Shown here: in pieces, positions 13,452-22,264 of the stretch
Position numbering within the stretch: the stretch's first letter is position 1
Layout of the letters: each line of letters starts with the position of its first letter
Source of the DNA: Peterkaempfera bronchialis
GTDB lineage: Bacteria; Actinomycetota; Actinomycetes; Streptomycetales; Streptomycetaceae
Direction of reading: 5' to 3'
Assembly (NCBI RefSeq): GCF_003258605.2
Contig: NZ_CP031264.1
Span: 5,858,232 to 5,882,231, forward strand
DNA length: 24,000 nt
The notes under the pieces: generated by a model
What the model saw: only the letters and a program-made list of their open reading frames with translations
What the model was told of the DNA's origin: nothing
Databases searched by the model: none
Position numbers and translations under genes: made by a program

Positions 13452-13556
13452 ATGACCTCCCATCCTCACTCCGCTTCGGCGGTCACGGGCGCCATCGTGC
13501 TGACCCTGACGGTGGCCGCGATGCTGGCCCTGGTGGCGATCCTGCTCTCGACCTGA
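13452..13556 (+). CDS. Small hydrophobic peptide, 34 aa (MTSHPHSASAVTGAIVLTLTVAAMLALVAILLST); below the ORF-track length cutoff
   Basis: AAGGAG (13436-13441) lies 10 nt upstream of ATG 13452. By hand count about 29 of the 32 codons between Met1 and the stop, leaving out the internal ATG, end in G or C. The peptide has one predicted TM helix. The stop is TGA 13554-13556. Confidence 0.5.
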   Translation: MTSHPHSASAVTGAIVLTLTVAAMLALVAILLST

Positions 13557-13834
13557 CGCCGACCCGTCCCGACCTGCGCGGACGCGGTCGGCGGAGCCCG
13601 CTCGGCGGTGGTCCGATTGGCGTAGCGGGACCGCCAGGGTGAGACTGGGATGCGTGAGGCATGTTCGAAGCATGCGTGCACCCGTCCCCGGTCGAACCGG
13701 AACCAGTACAGTCCGAAACCCAGCACAGCACGGACGGGTGTGACCGGCCCCAGCTACGCAAAGGCCGCCGTGCGGCCGATCCGACCGGGTCCTCCCCGAG
13801 TGCCCGGCAGCGCATCCCACCGGGACCGGTGCAA

Positions 13835-13848
13835 CTTCCCATGGGAAG
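13835..13848. promoter_or_regulatory. Perfect 14-bp palindrome CTTCCCATGGGAAG overlapping the rppA ribosome-binding site
   Basis: Read directly from the sequence. It ends 12 nt before the rppA ATG, and GGAAGGG at 13844-13850 is the likely SD. Confidence 0.35.
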
Positions 13849-13860
13849 GGCTCCAGTCAG

Positions 13861-14907
13861 ATGCCGACCCTTTGCCGTCCTGCCGTAGCGGTTCCCGAAC
13901 ACACCATCTCCATGGCGGAGACGCTTGCCCTGGCCCGCCGGCTGCACGCCGCGCACCCGCAACTCGGCCTGGTCCTGAGGCTCATCGAGAACACGGGTGT
14001 GCGTGAGCGCCATCTCGTACGCCCCATCGCCGAGACGCTGATCCACCCGGGCTTTGAAGCGCGCAACGCGGTCTATGAAGAGGAGGCCAAGGCGCGCGTC
14101 CCCGAGGTGGTCCGGACGGCGCTGGGCAGTGCCGACATCGGCAGCCGGGACATCGACGCGATCTTCTTTGTCTCCTGCACCGGGTTTCTGATGCCCTCGT
14201 TGACCGCGTGGATGATCAACAATCTCGGGTTCCGCAATGACACACGGCAGATCCCCATCGCCCAGCTGGGCTGTGCGGCGGGCGGCGCCGCGATCAACCG
14301 GGCGTGCGACTTCTGCCTCGCGTATCCGGAAGCCAACGCCCTGATCGTCGCCTGCGAGTTCTGCTCGCTCTGCTATCAACCCACCGACACCGGTGTGGGA
14401 TCGCTGCTGTCGAACGGGCTCTTCGGCGACGCGGTGGCTGCCGCAGTGGTCAGAGGCGACGGCGGCGTCGGAGTCCGGCTGGAGCGGAACAGCTCCTACC
14501 TGGTGCCCGACACCGAGGAGTGGATCTGCTACGCGGTCAAGGCGACCGGTTTTCACTTCCAGCTGGACAAGCGGGTGCCCACCACGATGGCGATGCTCGC
14601 TCCGGCCCTGCACACCCTGGCGGCCAGCCACGGCTGGGATGCCTCGGCGCTCGACTTCTACATCATCCATGCGGGCGGCCCCCGGATCCTCGAAGACCTC
14701 CGCCAGATCCTGGGCGTCGAGGCATCGGCCTTCCGGCACAGCAGGGGGACGCTCACCGACTACGGGAACATCGCCAGCGCCGTGGTGCTGGACTCGCTGC
14801 GCCGCATGTTCGACGAGGATTCCCTCCCCGACCGGGCCCAGGGGGTGATCGCCGGGTTCGGCCCCGGGATCACCGCCGAGACCTGCGTGGGGACATGGTC
14901 GGCGTGA
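13861..14907 (+). CDS. rppA: Type III polyketide synthase, 1,3,6,8-tetrahydroxynaphthalene synthase
   Basis: MPTLCRPAVAVPEH...FVSCTGFLMPSL (catalytic Cys)...IIHAGGPRIL (His)...YGNIASAVV (Asn)...GFGPGITAE. From memory this is near-colinear with S. griseus and S. coelicolor RppA. Confidence 0.95.
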   Translation: MPTLCRPAVAVPEHTISMAETLALARRLHAAHPQLGLVLRLIENTGVRERHLVRPIAETLIHPGFEARNAVYEEEAKARVPEVVRTALGSADIGSRDIDAIFFVSCTGFLMPSLTAWMINNLGFRNDTRQIPIAQLGCAAGGAAINRACDFCLAYPEANALIVACEFCSLCYQPTDTGVGSLLSNGLFGDAVAAAVVRGDGGVGVRLERNSSYLVPDTEEWICYAVKATGFHFQLDKRVPTTMAMLAPALHTLAASHGWDASALDFYIIHAGGPRILEDLRQILGVEASAFRHSRGTLTDYGNIASAVVLDSLRRMFDEDSLPDRAQGVIAGFGPGITAETCVGTWSA

Positions 14908-14958
14908 CCGAAGACCAGACGACAACCCCCGTGCTGGGGCTGGGAAGAGGAGCACACA

Positions 14959-16161
14959 GTGGCGACCGAGACCCGCGTATGGGACTGCCCCTTCAACCAC
15001 AACCAGGCGCTTGAATTCGACCCGCTGCTCAAGCAGTTGCTCACCGAGGCGCCCATCGCCCGCATCAGCATGCCCCATGGCGACGGCCACGCCTGGCTGG
15101 TGACCCGGTACGAGGACGTCTCCACCGTGGTCACGGACCAGAGGTTCAGCCGCGCCGCCGGTATCGGGCGAGACCTGCCGAGGATGACGCCCGAGCCGAT
15201 CGCCCAGAGCGAGGCGATCAACCTGATGGACCCGCCGGCGCACACCCGGCTCCGCAAGCTGGTGGCCAAGGGGTTCACCCCCGCCCAGGTCGAGCAGATG
15301 GAGCCCAAGGTGCACGCCATCGTGGACCGTCTGCTGGACGAGATGGCCGCGCAGCCGGCTCCGGTCGACTTCACCCGGCACTTCGCGTCACGGCTGCCGA
15401 TCACCACCATCTGCGAGGTCCTGGCCATACCCGAGGCCGACCAGCCGCGCATCCGGCAACTCGCGATGGCGATGATGTCCACCTCCTCGGGGCGGCAGGC
15501 GACGCGCGAGGCCAAGGCCGAGCTGCGGGCGTACTTCCTGGACCTGTCGGCCCGCCGCAGGGAGCAGCCCGGTGAGGACCTGATCAGCGCGCTGGCCATG
15601 GCCCGGGACGGGGACGAACTGCTCGACCCGACGGAGCTGGCCGTTATGGCCATGGTGCTCACGGTCACCGGGCATGACACCAGCACCTACCAGCTCAGCA
15701 ACATCCTCTACACCCTGCTCACCCACCCCGAGCAGCTGGCACTGCTGCGCTCCCGTCCCGAGCTGCTGAACCAGGCGGTCGAGGAGCTGCTGCGGTTCAT
15801 CCCGTTCCGCCATGGAGTCGGCATCGCCCGGGTCGCCACGGAGGACGTGGAACTCGGCGGGGTGACGATCCGGGCAGGCGAGGTCGTGCATGTCTCCTAC
15901 CTCACCGCCAACCACGACCCCGAGGTGTTCGAGCGGCCGGACGAGCTGGACATCGAGCGTCCCCCCGCGATGCATATGACGTTCGGTCACGGCACGCACT
16001 ACTGCATCGGCGCCAACCTGGCCCGCGCGGAGCTGCGCATCGCCTTCGCATCGCTGCTCCAGCGCTTCCCCGAGCTGCACCTCGCCGTCCCCGCCGAACA
16101 GGTCCCGTGGCACATCGGCTCCATCTGGCGCTACCCCGAGGAGCTGCCCATCGCGTGGTAG
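14959..16161 (+). CDS. Cytochrome P450, CYP158A/P450mel-like (flaviolin/THN biaryl-coupling type by context)
   Basis: GTG 14959 has ggaagaggag upstream. The I-helix is AMVLTVTGHDTS, the ExxR motif is EELLRF and the heme loop is FGHGTHYCIGANLAR. It lies immediately downstream of rppA, as in known rppA loci. Confidence 0.9.
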   Translation: MATETRVWDCPFNHNQALEFDPLLKQLLTEAPIARISMPHGDGHAWLVTRYEDVSTVVTDQRFSRAAGIGRDLPRMTPEPIAQSEAINLMDPPAHTRLRKLVAKGFTPAQVEQMEPKVHAIVDRLLDEMAAQPAPVDFTRHFASRLPITTICEVLAIPEADQPRIRQLAMAMMSTSSGRQATREAKAELRAYFLDLSARRREQPGEDLISALAMARDGDELLDPTELAVMAMVLTVTGHDTSTYQLSNILYTLLTHPEQLALLRSRPELLNQAVEELLRFIPFRHGVGIARVATEDVELGGVTIRAGEVVHVSYLTANHDPEVFERPDELDIERPPAMHMTFGHGTHYCIGANLARAELRIAFASLLQRFPELHLAVPAEQVPWHIGSIWRYPEELPIAW

Positions 16162-16216
16162 CCCCGCAGCCCTCCCGTCGGTATCCCGTCACCGGTCCAG
16201 CAGGGGTTCGCTCAGC

Positions 16217-17803
16217 ATGGAAGACCTTCATCGTGATGCATCCGGCCTCCCGGCCGACACCCGGGGGCGGCTGGCGGAACTCAATGACACCAAGCGGCGG
16301 GCGCGTTGCGGCCCGAGCGGTCGGGCGACCGAGGTGCAGCATGCCAAGGGGAAGCTGACGGCTCGGGAGCGGATCGCGCTGCTGCTGGACGAGGGTTCGT
16401 TCAGCGAGGTGGAGCCGCTGCGGCGGCATCGGGCGTCCGGTTTCGGGCTGGAGGCCAACAAGCCCTACACCGATGGTGTGGTGACCGGGTGGGGGACGGT
16501 GTACGGGCGGACGGTGGTGGTCTATGCCCATGACTTCCGGATCTTCGGTGGTGCGCTGGGTGAGGCCCATGCGCAGAAGATCCACAAGATCATGGACATG
16601 GCCATCTCGGTGGGGGCGCCGCTGGTCTCGCTGAACGACGGCGCGGGTGCCCGGATCCAGGAGGGCGTGACCGCCCTCGCCGGTTACGGCGGCATCTTCC
16701 AGCGCAACAGCCGGGCGTCGGGGGTGATCCCGCAGATCTCGGTGATGCTCGGCCCGTGCGCGGGCGGTGCGGCGTACTCGCCGGCGCTGACCGACTTCGT
16801 CTTCATGGTCCGCGAGACCTCGCAGATGTTCATCACCGGCCCGGATGTGGTCAAGGCGGTCACCGGCGAGGACACCTCCCATGACGGGCTGGGTGGCGCG
16901 GATGTGCACGCGGAGCTGTCCGGGGTGGCGCACTTCGCCTACGACGACGAGCAGACCTGCCTGGAGGAGGTCCGCTATCTGCTCTCGCTCCTCCCGCAGA
17001 ACAACCGCGAGACACCCCCGGCGGTGCCGGCCGACGACCCGGCCGACCGGCGCTGCGAGGCGCTGCTGGACCTGGTCCCCGCCGACCCGGGCCGCTCCTA
17101 TGACATGCGCAAGGTGATCGAGGAACTGGTCGACGACGGCCAGTACATGGAGGTCCACGAGCGCTGGGCCACCAACGTCATCGTCGCGCTGGCCCGCCTG
17201 GACGGGCGGGTCGTCGGCCTGGTCGCCAACCAGCCGCAGTCCCTCGCCGGGGTGCTGGACATCGAGGCATCCGAGAAGGCCGCCCGCTTTGTGCAGCTGT
17301 GCGACGCCTTTGACATCCCGCTGCTCACCCTGCTGGACGTGCCCGGCTTCCTGCCCGGCGTCGACCAGGAGCACGGCGGCATCATCCGGCACGGCGCCAA
17401 GCTGCTCTACGCGTACTGCAACGCCACCGTGCCGCGCATCCAGCTGATCCTGCGCAAGGCGTACGGCGGCGCCTATATCGTGATGGACTCCCGCTCCGTC
17501 GGTGCCGACCTCTCCTACGCCTGGCCCACCAATGAGATCGCCGTGATGGGCGCCGAGGGCGCCGCCAACGTCATCTTCCGCCGGGAACTCGCCGCCGCCG
17601 ACGACCCCGAGGCCATGCGGATCCGCATGGTCAAGGAGTACAAGTCCGAGCTGATGCACCCCTACTACGCCGCCGAACGCGGCCTGGTGGACGACGTCAT
17701 CGACCCCGCCGACACCCGGGCGGTCCTCATCCGCGCCCTCGCCATGCTGCGCACCAAGGACGCGGCCCTGCCGCACCGCAAGCACGGCAACCCGCCGCAG
17801 TGA
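16217..17803 (+). CDS. Acyl-CoA carboxylase carboxyltransferase (beta) subunit, AccB-like
   Basis: QHAKGKLTARERIALLLDEGSF, NDGAGARIQEG, GPCAGGAAYSPALTDF and VPGFLPGVDQEHGGIIRHGAKLLYA are colinear with Streptomyces PccB/AccB. Ile at codon 421 (KAYGGAYIVMDS) is AccB-type. Confidence 0.9.
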   Translation: MEDLHRDASGLPADTRGRLAELNDTKRRARCGPSGRATEVQHAKGKLTARERIALLLDEGSFSEVEPLRRHRASGFGLEANKPYTDGVVTGWGTVYGRTVVVYAHDFRIFGGALGEAHAQKIHKIMDMAISVGAPLVSLNDGAGARIQEGVTALAGYGGIFQRNSRASGVIPQISVMLGPCAGGAAYSPALTDFVFMVRETSQMFITGPDVVKAVTGEDTSHDGLGGADVHAELSGVAHFAYDDEQTCLEEVRYLLSLLPQNNRETPPAVPADDPADRRCEALLDLVPADPGRSYDMRKVIEELVDDGQYMEVHERWATNVIVALARLDGRVVGLVANQPQSLAGVLDIEASEKAARFVQLCDAFDIPLLTLLDVPGFLPGVDQEHGGIIRHGAKLLYAYCNATVPRIQLILRKAYGGAYIVMDSRSVGADLSYAWPTNEIAVMGAEGAANVIFRRELAAADDPEAMRIRMVKEYKSELMHPYYAAERGLVDDVIDPADTRAVLIRALAMLRTKDAALPHRKHGNPPQ

Positions 17804-17832
17804 GGACGCGGGTCGAGTCCTCACTGCGGCGG
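17792..17832. terminator. Bidirectional terminator hairpin between convergent carboxyltransferase and udh genes
   Basis: ccgccgcagtgagga (17792-17806) pairs perfectly with tcctcactgcggcgg (17818-17832), giving a 15-bp stem and an 11-nt loop. The left arm includes the carboxyltransferase stop codon. Confidence 0.7.
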
Positions 17833-17839
17833 GTGAGGC

Positions 17840-18646
17840 TCAGCTGCCCGGCTCCGCCTCGGTGAAGAAGCCGCCGAGCAGGCGGGCGTCGACATGGTCC
17901 GGGGCCAGCTCGCCGTGCTCGGCGATGACGGCCTCCGCATGGACCTCGGCGTTGTCCTGCGGCTCATAGCCCAGGGCGCGGGCGGTGGAGAGGTCCCACC
18001 AGGCGCGGGTGTTGGCGCTGATGCCATTGACCACGGTGTGGCCCACCTCGGGCGCGGTGAGTGCGGCATGCACCAGCCGGCCGCAGTCGTCCGGGCTGAG
18101 CCAGGTGGAGAGCATCCGGGTGGAGCGGGGCTTGGGGAAGCAGGAGCCGATCCGGATGGAGACCGTCTGCACGCCGTACTTGTCGGCGTAGAGCGAGGCC
18201 AGACCCTCGCCGAACACCTTGGAGAGGCCGTAGTAGGTGTCGGGCCGGGTGGGGACGGAACTGCCGATCAGCTCGCCGCTGCCGGGGGCGGGCAGCGGCA
18301 CGAAGCCCACCGCGTGGTTGCTGCTGGCGAAGACGATGCGCGGGACGCGCTCCTGCCTGGCCGCCTCATAGAGGTGGTAGGTGCCCTCGATATTGGCGTG
18401 CAGGATCGCCGAGAAGCGGTCCTCCAGCGAGATGCCGCCGAGGTGCACGATCGCATCGACGCCGCGTACGGCCCGGCGCACCGCGTCCGCGTCCGCGAGG
18501 TCGAAGGTGAGCGCGTCCGGTGCGTCCTCGATGGGCTTGATGTCGGCCAGGCGCAGCTGGTAGCCGTACCCGGGCAGTCGCTCGCGCAGCAGGGTGCCGA
18601 CGCCGCCGGCGGCACCGGTGAGCAGGACGGTTCGGGGCTGGGACAT
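17840..18646 (-). CDS. udh: NAD-dependent uronate dehydrogenase (SDR/epimerase fold)
   Basis: VLLTGAAGGVG...RLADI...DLADADAV...AIVHLGGISLE...RIVFASSNH...YYGLSKVFGE...RIGSC...MLSTWLSPDD is colinear with my recollection of Agrobacterium/Pseudomonas Udh. Confidence 0.8.
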   Translation of the reverse strand: MSQPRTVLLTGAAGGVGTLLRERLPGYGYQLRLADIKPIEDAPDALTFDLADADAVRRAVRGVDAIVHLGGISLEDRFSAILHANIEGTYHLYEAARQERVPRIVFASSNHAVGFVPLPAPGSGELIGSSVPTRPDTYYGLSKVFGEGLASLYADKYGVQTVSIRIGSCFPKPRSTRMLSTWLSPDDCGRLVHAALTAPEVGHTVVNGISANTRAWWDLSTARALGYEPQDNAEVHAEAVIAEHGELAPDHVDARLLGGFFTEAEPGS

Positions 18647-18661
18647 GACGGGTGGTGCTCC

Positions 18662-19822
18662 TTACCAGCTGGTGACGGTGTGCGCGCTGATGTGGTCGAG
18701 GTCGAAGTCGTCGCCGAGGCCGGGGCGTTGCGGCAGCAGGACCGTGCCGTCCTTGTCCATGGCGTCGACCTGGGAGTGCAGGTGCGGCGGGACCTCGTCG
18801 AAGTCGACCTGCGGGTGCAGCAGTCCGCGCTCGTACCAGCGTCCATTGAGGGTGGCGCCGAGCAGCGAGAGGTTGCCGGAGCCGTTGCCGTGCACCTCGC
18901 AGTCCATGTTGAACGCCTCGGCGAGGTGCAGGGTGCGGACGGCGGGGGTGATGCCGCCGACGTCGGTGACCCCGGTGCGCAGGATGTCGCAGGCTCCGGC
19001 GGTGACCCACTCGGCGCGGGTGAAGTTCTTGCCCCAGCTGGTCTCCGGGCCGATGACCGCGATGTCGAGCTGGTCGGCGAGCCAGCGGTAGGAGGAGACG
19101 GACGCCTCCTCCATGGGCTCCTCGAACCAGTAGTAGTCCAGCTCCTGGAGGGCTCGGCCCAGCTTGAGGGCCTCGGTGCGCGAGTACCAGTGGTTGGCGT
19201 CCAGCATCAGCTCGATGCCGGGGCCGACGGCTTCGCGGACGGCGGTGCAGGCGGCGATGTCCAGCTCGACGGAAGGGGCACCCGCCACCGGGGGCATCCA
19301 GGTGTGCAGCTTGATGGCCCGGTAGCCGCGCTCGACCAGCTGCTCGGCGAAGGCGGCGTAGTCGGCGGGGGTGGCCAGACCGCCGGGGATCTCGTCGCCG
19401 CACATGGTGGAGGCATAGGCGGGGACCCGGTCGCGTGCGCCGCCGAGCAGCTTCCACACCGGCAGGGCGGTGCGCTGCCCGGCGAGGTCCCAGAGGGCGA
19501 GGTCGACAGAGCCCAGGGCGCGGTCGGTGAGCCTGCCGTGGCCGCCGCGCTGCTTGCGGGCGAGGGAGGTCCAGAGCCGCTCGCGGTCCAGCGGGTCCTG
19601 GCCGAGCAGGGCGGGGCGGATGTAGCCGTCCAGTACGGCGGGGCGCAGATGGTCGGGGTGGACGAGGACCCGGCCGCTGACCCCGTCGCTGTCGGTGACG
19701 GTGAGCAGCGCCTCCTTGACCTCGTGGGCGGCGGAGGGGTGGCGGTGGCCGTGGGTGTCGACGGCGGTCCTGGCGACGGTGGTGAAGACCGACACCTCGA
19801 TGCGGGCGATGGTCGCGGACAC
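18662..19822 (-). CDS. Enolase-superfamily (mandelate racemase/muconate lactonizing) enzyme; by context a probable galactarolactone cycloisomerase or aldarate dehydratase
   Basis: GTG 19822 has AGGAGG 7 nt upstream. Motifs are KLH, LMLDANHWY, YYWFEEPMEE and VIGPETS. At 386 aa it is shorter than GudD-type glucarate dehydratases. It is flanked by udh and lies near kdgD. Confidence 0.75.
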   Translation of the reverse strand: MSATIARIEVSVFTTVARTAVDTHGHRHPSAAHEVKEALLTVTDSDGVSGRVLVHPDHLRPAVLDGYIRPALLGQDPLDRERLWTSLARKQRGGHGRLTDRALGSVDLALWDLAGQRTALPVWKLLGGARDRVPAYASTMCGDEIPGGLATPADYAAFAEQLVERGYRAIKLHTWMPPVAGAPSVELDIAACTAVREAVGPGIELMLDANHWYSRTEALKLGRALQELDYYWFEEPMEEASVSSYRWLADQLDIAVIGPETSWGKNFTRAEWVTAGACDILRTGVTDVGGITPAVRTLHLAEAFNMDCEVHGNGSGNLSLLGATLNGRWYERGLLHPQVDFDEVPPHLHSQVDAMDKDGTVLLPQRPGLGDDFDLDHISAHTVTSW

Positions 19823-19917
19823 GGTCGGCTGCCTCCTGGGCGGTGCGGTGGGGGTGGGGGGGAGCCGGGCCGTCCGCAGTCCTCCGGCTGCGGACGGCCC
19901 GGCGGGCGGGGCACCGG

Positions 19918-21231
19918 TCAGTGCTGGGCGTCCCACTTCTTCTTGGCGTCGGTGAACGCGTCCGCGACGGTCTTGGCGAAGTCGGCCGCGCTGAGCCGGC
20001 CGAGCAGCACCTTCTGGAACTCCGGCTCGCTGTCGGCCTTGGTGATCTTCGAGTACTGGGGAAGGTACACCGGGGGCTGGACCAGCGTGGTGGTGGTGCC
20101 GTTCAGCAGGTCGCCGGCCTGCTTGGTGATGCCGGAGGAGGTGTACCAGCCGTCCTGGTAGGCGTCGGTGTTGGCGGGGATCTGGCCGACCTGCTCGTTC
20201 CAGTAGCTGTTGGCGGTGTGCGAGTCCAGGAACTCCATGAACTTCCAAGCCTCGGCCTGGTGCTTGCTGCTCTTGAAGATGCCGAAGCCGTCCACCGGGT
20301 TGGCCAGGGTGCTGGTGCCGGCCGGTCCGGCGGGCAGCAGCAGACCGGCCACCTTGTCGCCGAACGCCTTCCTGACGTCGGAGGTGGAGCCCAGGTTGTG
20401 GTGCACCATCGAGACCTGGCCGGCGGTGAACTGGGCGATCATCTCCGGGTAGGCGTTGTTGACGTCGGCCTCCGGGGTGGTGGCCTTGTACTGCTCGGCG
20501 ATCCTCTTGATGAACTCCACGTTCTTGGGGTCGTCCACGGTGGACTTGCCGGAGGAGTCGAACATCTCGGTGACGCCGGAGTAGGCGTATGCCTCGGAGA
20601 GGACCTGGAAGACCGAGCCGGCGCCGCCGCGGATGGTCCAGCCGTACTCGTTCCTGCCCTTGTCGGTGAGCTTGGCCGCGTCGGCGAAGAGTTCGTCCCA
20701 GGTGGTGGGGGCGGTGAGCCCGGCGGCCTTGAAGCGGTCGGCGCGGTACCAGATGACATCGGTGTTCCCCGAGGACGGCAGGGTGTAGAGCTTGCCGTCG
20801 CCGCCCGCGCTCCTGACCGTGGTGAGGAAGGACTCGGAGATCTTTCCGTCGAGGCTGCTCTTGGCGAGCAGGTCGTCCAGCGGGATCAGCGCCTTCTGCG
20901 CGGTGAGGGTGCCCAGCAGCGAGGTGGTCGCGCCGCCGATGTCGGGGGTGCCGCCGCCGGCGATGGCGGTGTTGTACTTCTCGCCGATCTCGGAGCTGGT
21001 GACGCCGACGTACTTGACGGTGATGTCCGGGTTGGCCGTCTCGAAGTCCTTGATCAGCTTCTTGTAGAGCGGGGTCCGTGCGGGACCGGCGTTGTTGTCC
21101 CAGAAGGTGATGGTGACCTTGCCGCCGGATTCCGCGCCGGAGTCGCCGGACGAGCCGCAGGCGGCGAGGGGGAGGAGGACGGCGGCCGTGGCCGCAGCGG
21201 CAACCGTGCGCAGCAGGCGCGAACGGGACAT
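19918..21231 (-). CDS. Carbohydrate ABC transporter substrate-binding lipoprotein
   Basis: The signal and lipobox are MSRSRLLRTVAAAATAAVLLPLAACGSS, followed by VTITFWDNN. The length and composition are typical of family-1 solute-binding proteins. Confidence 0.85.
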   Translation of the reverse strand: MSRSRLLRTVAAAATAAVLLPLAACGSSGDSGAESGGKVTITFWDNNAGPARTPLYKKLIKDFETANPDITVKYVGVTSSEIGEKYNTAIAGGGTPDIGGATTSLLGTLTAQKALIPLDDLLAKSSLDGKISESFLTTVRSAGGDGKLYTLPSSGNTDVIWYRADRFKAAGLTAPTTWDELFADAAKLTDKGRNEYGWTIRGGAGSVFQVLSEAYAYSGVTEMFDSSGKSTVDDPKNVEFIKRIAEQYKATTPEADVNNAYPEMIAQFTAGQVSMVHHNLGSTSDVRKAFGDKVAGLLLPAGPAGTSTLANPVDGFGIFKSSKHQAEAWKFMEFLDSHTANSYWNEQVGQIPANTDAYQDGWYTSSGITKQAGDLLNGTTTTLVQPPVYLPQYSKITKADSEPEFQKVLLGRLSAADFAKTVADAFTDAKKKWDAQH

Positions 21232-21316
21232 GGGTGGGGTCCTTTCGGGGGCGGCTCTGTCAAAGATGCGGGGCGGGGCCTGGGAGTGCGTCGTGGTGCG
21301 CGGGGTTGTGGTGCCG

Positions 21317-22264
21317 TCAGCCCTTTACGGCGCCGGCGCTCAGGCCCTGGACGAGGTAGCGCTGGACCACGGCGAAGACCAGCACCACCGGGACGGCGGC
21401 GACCACGCCGCCGGCGGCCAGCGCGCCGAAGTCGACCGTGTTCTCGCCCATGGTGGTGGAGAGGCCGACGGGGACGGTCTGCTTCTCCGGGTCGTTGAGG
21501 AACATCAGGGCGAAGAGGAAGTTGTTCCAGCTGCCGATGAAGGCGAAGGAGCCGACGGCCACGATGCCGGGCCGGAGCAGTGGCAGCACCACGGCCAGGA
21601 AGGCGCGGATCCGGCCGCAGCCGTCGACCATCGCCGACTCCTCCAGCTCGACCGGCACATTCCTGACGAAGCCGCTCATCAGGATCATCGCCAGCGGCAG
21701 TTGGAAGGTGGTCTCGGCGATGACCAGGCTCCAGCGGGAGTCGATCAGGTCGAGGGTGCGGAAGATGTTGAAGAGCGGGATCAGCATCATCGCGCCCGGG
21801 ACGAACTGGGTGCAGAGCAGCGCCAGCATGAAGGCCCGGCGGCCGCGGAACCGGAACCGGGCCAGCGCATAACCGCCCATCAGGGCGAAGACGGTGACCA
21901 CGGCGAGCGTCGCCACGGCGACGGCGACGCTGTTGCGGAAGAAGACCGCGAAGCCCATGGTGTCCCACACCGTGTGGAAGTGCTCCGTGGTGAGCGGCCA
22001 GGGCAGCAGGCTGGTCGAGCCGACCGGGCGCAGCGCGAAGAGCAGCATCCAGTAGAAGGGGACGACGGTGAAGACGGTGTAGACGGCGAGCGGGAGGAAG
22101 AGCCGCAGGGCGCGTCCGTCGCGGCCCCGCCGCCGGGCCGGCGTCGCCGTGGGAGCCGGTGCTGCCTCGGCGGTGCCGCTGGTGCCGCTGGTCGCGCTGC
22201 TCGCGGTGGTCATGGCGGGGGTCTCCGGGGAGGCGGTGGTGGTCATGGCGGTCCGCTGGCTCAC
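21317..22264 (-). CDS. Carbohydrate ABC transporter permease (MalG/BPD_transp_1 type)
   Basis: It has multiple TM segments and the EAA-loop region VPVELEESAMVDGCGRIRAFLAVVLPLLRPG. The GTG start overlaps the upstream permease stop (GTGA). Internal ATGs at codons 7 or 18 are alternative starts. Confidence 0.8.
   Translation of the reverse strand: MSQRTAMTTTASPETPAMTTASSATSGTSGTAEAAPAPTATPARRRGRDGRALRLFLPLAVYTVFTVVPFYWMLLFALRPVGSTSLLPWPLTTEHFHTVWDTMGFAVFFRNSVAVAVATLAVVTVFALMGGYALARFRFRGRRAFMLALLCTQFVPGAMMLIPLFNIFRTLDLIDSRWSLVIAETTFQLPLAMILMSGFVRNVPVELEESAMVDGCGRIRAFLAVVLPLLRPGIVAVGSFAFIGSWNNFLFALMFLNDPEKQTVPVGLSTTMGENTVDFGALAAGGVVAAVPVVLVFAVVQRYLVQGLSAGAVKG

Noticed and set aside
13466-13820. 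Minus-strand ORFs of 86 and 124 aa antisense to the small peptide ORF and the rppA upstream region.
   Set aside because: The 86-aa ORF, which I read codon by codon, has no SD, several AGG/GGA/TCA codons unusual for Streptomyces, and no recognisable motif. Its high-GC3 portion is simply the mirror of the plus-strand 34-codon ORF. The 124-aa ORF shows no motif either.
13483-17824. Long antisense ORFs opposite rppA, the P450 and the carboxyltransferase (13483..15381, 14760..15686, 15388..16113 and 15902..17824, all minus strand).
   Set aside because: The sense frames have unmistakable family motifs. The antisense products are low-complexity (R/G/P/D-rich), which is consistent with GC-driven absence of stop codons.
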